From NCBI GenBank assembly GCA_964462595.1, contig CAYWXM010000014.1, forward strand, positions 7,341-71,340: 64,000 bases of DNA. The letters run 5' to 3'. A program made the translations under genes and the position numbers. Of this stretch, positions 63,370-64,000 are shown piece after piece. The stretch's first letter is position 1. Each line of letters starts with the position of its first letter. The notes beneath the pieces are model-generated. The model had not been told where the DNA came from and did not search any database. It was given only the letters and a program-made list of their open reading frames with translations. The stretch is from an uncultured Actinomycetota bacterium. Its GTDB lineage: Bacteria > Actinomycetota > Geothermincolia > Geothermincolales > RBG-13-55-18.

Positions 63370-64000
63370 TTACAGGTGGGTCAGGTGGCGTGGTCCCAGG
63401 TACTCGCCGGGGTCTCCCAAAGCCATCTCCACCGTGGCCAGCATCTTTTCCCGCTCCTCGGGAAGGTGGCCGTAGACCGGAACGTAGTTGGATATATGGT
63501 CGGAAAGGAACCATGCATCATCGATATCGAGCGCGCTCAGGATGATCTGCAGCTCGCGCATGATCGTCTCACCCGATGCCTCCCTGAAACGCCCCTCCAG
63601 CGCTTCCTCGTACAGCGGCACCCCTGGGATCAGGGCCAGGGTGCGTGGCCTGATGAAATCGGGTCGCATGGCGTTGAGTACCCGGGCGGTGTTCTCGGCG
63701 TGCTGCCGCCACAGGTCCTCGCCGCCCAGGCCGAGCAGTATATAGACCGAAAGCGCTATGCCCGCCCCCTTGACCCTGCGGGCGGCCTCGATCATGCCCG
63801 CGGAGTCCACCCCCTTGTTCACCCTGGCCAGGACCTCGTCGTCGCCCGATTCCAGGCCCATGTAGATGATGTCCAGGCCCGCATCGCGCAGGCGCCGCAG
63901 CGCTTCGGGCGGCTTGCCCTTGAGGAAGCGCCCCCCTCCGTAGCTGGAGACGCGTTCCGCTTCGGGGAATAGATCGCGCGCGTAGGAGATGATGTCGGCC
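63370..64000 (-). CDS. Radical SAM-type protein, C-terminal part (5' end beyond the right edge)
   Basis: The frame stays open to the window edge: ...ADIISYARDLFPEAERVSSYGGGRFLKGKPPEALRRLRDAGLDIIYMGLESGDDEVLARVNKG... The GLESG plus TIM-barrel-like pattern is typical of radical SAM cores. Confidence 0.75.
   Translation of the reverse strand, partial: ADIISYARDLFPEAERVSSYGGGRFLKGKPPEALRRLRDAGLDIIYMGLESGDDEVLARVNKGVDSAGMIEAARRVKGAGIALSVYILLGLGGEDLWRQHAENTARVLNAMRPDFIRPRTLALIPGVPLYEEALEGRFREASGETIMRELQIILSALDIDDAWFLSDHISNYVPVYGHLPEEREKMLATVEMALGDPGEYLGPRHLTHL

Overview
High-GC bacterial chromosomal segment, G+C judged by eye and not computed. The gene content suggests an anaerobic Actinobacteria-like lineage: a PafB/PafC-type WYL pair, GpgS, anSME, IorAB, HypAB and a leaderless-looking promoter. 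I call about 58 protein genes. I saw no rRNA, tRNA, CRISPR array, transposase, integrase or phage genes.

Main blocks, left to right:
- TetR plus an MBL hydrolase, and an acyl-CoA synthetase bracketed by two copies of a ~220-bp MITE-like element.
- A long untranslated leader ahead of the methanogen-type homocysteine genes (DUF39 plus NIL-ferredoxin).
- rmlD and an rmlC-like gene, and an LPXTG surface protein that lacks a signal peptide.
- A run of small membrane and stress genes (HdeD/DUF308, DUF389).
- A 12-kb sulfatase locus at 19.6-32 kb: two Cys-type arylsulfatases, one MBL-type alkylsulfatase, a radical-SAM maturase with a SEC-C tail, two SulP/STAS transporters, and a degenerate sigma-like protein translationally coupled to the maturase.
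- TetR, MarR and LemA genes.
- A five-gene coupled operon starting with an SbcD/Mre11-like nuclease and a membrane-anchored SbcC/Rad50-like ATPase, preceded by nested inverted repeats.
- An M28 peptidase and a CocE/NonD hydrolase.
- PafBC-like regulators.
- An ADP-forming acyl-CoA synthetase alpha subunit, uppP and hypAB.
- A CoA-transferase pair and an ECF sigma/anti-sigma pair.
- iorAB, the glucosylglycerate genes and a GAF-GAF-HD-GYP protein.

No clear-cut novel multi-gene system is proven. The best leads are the cytoplasmic sulfatase locus with its pseudo-sigma, the SbcCD-like operon with a transmembrane hairpin in place of a zinc hook, the unclassified structured leader at 6.05-6.4 kb, and three kinds of non-coding repeat. 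All functional calls come from reading the translated ORFs against remembered family motifs; nothing was searched against a database. Many long ORFs in the supplied track are antisense or out-of-frame shadows typical of GC-rich DNA and were not called.
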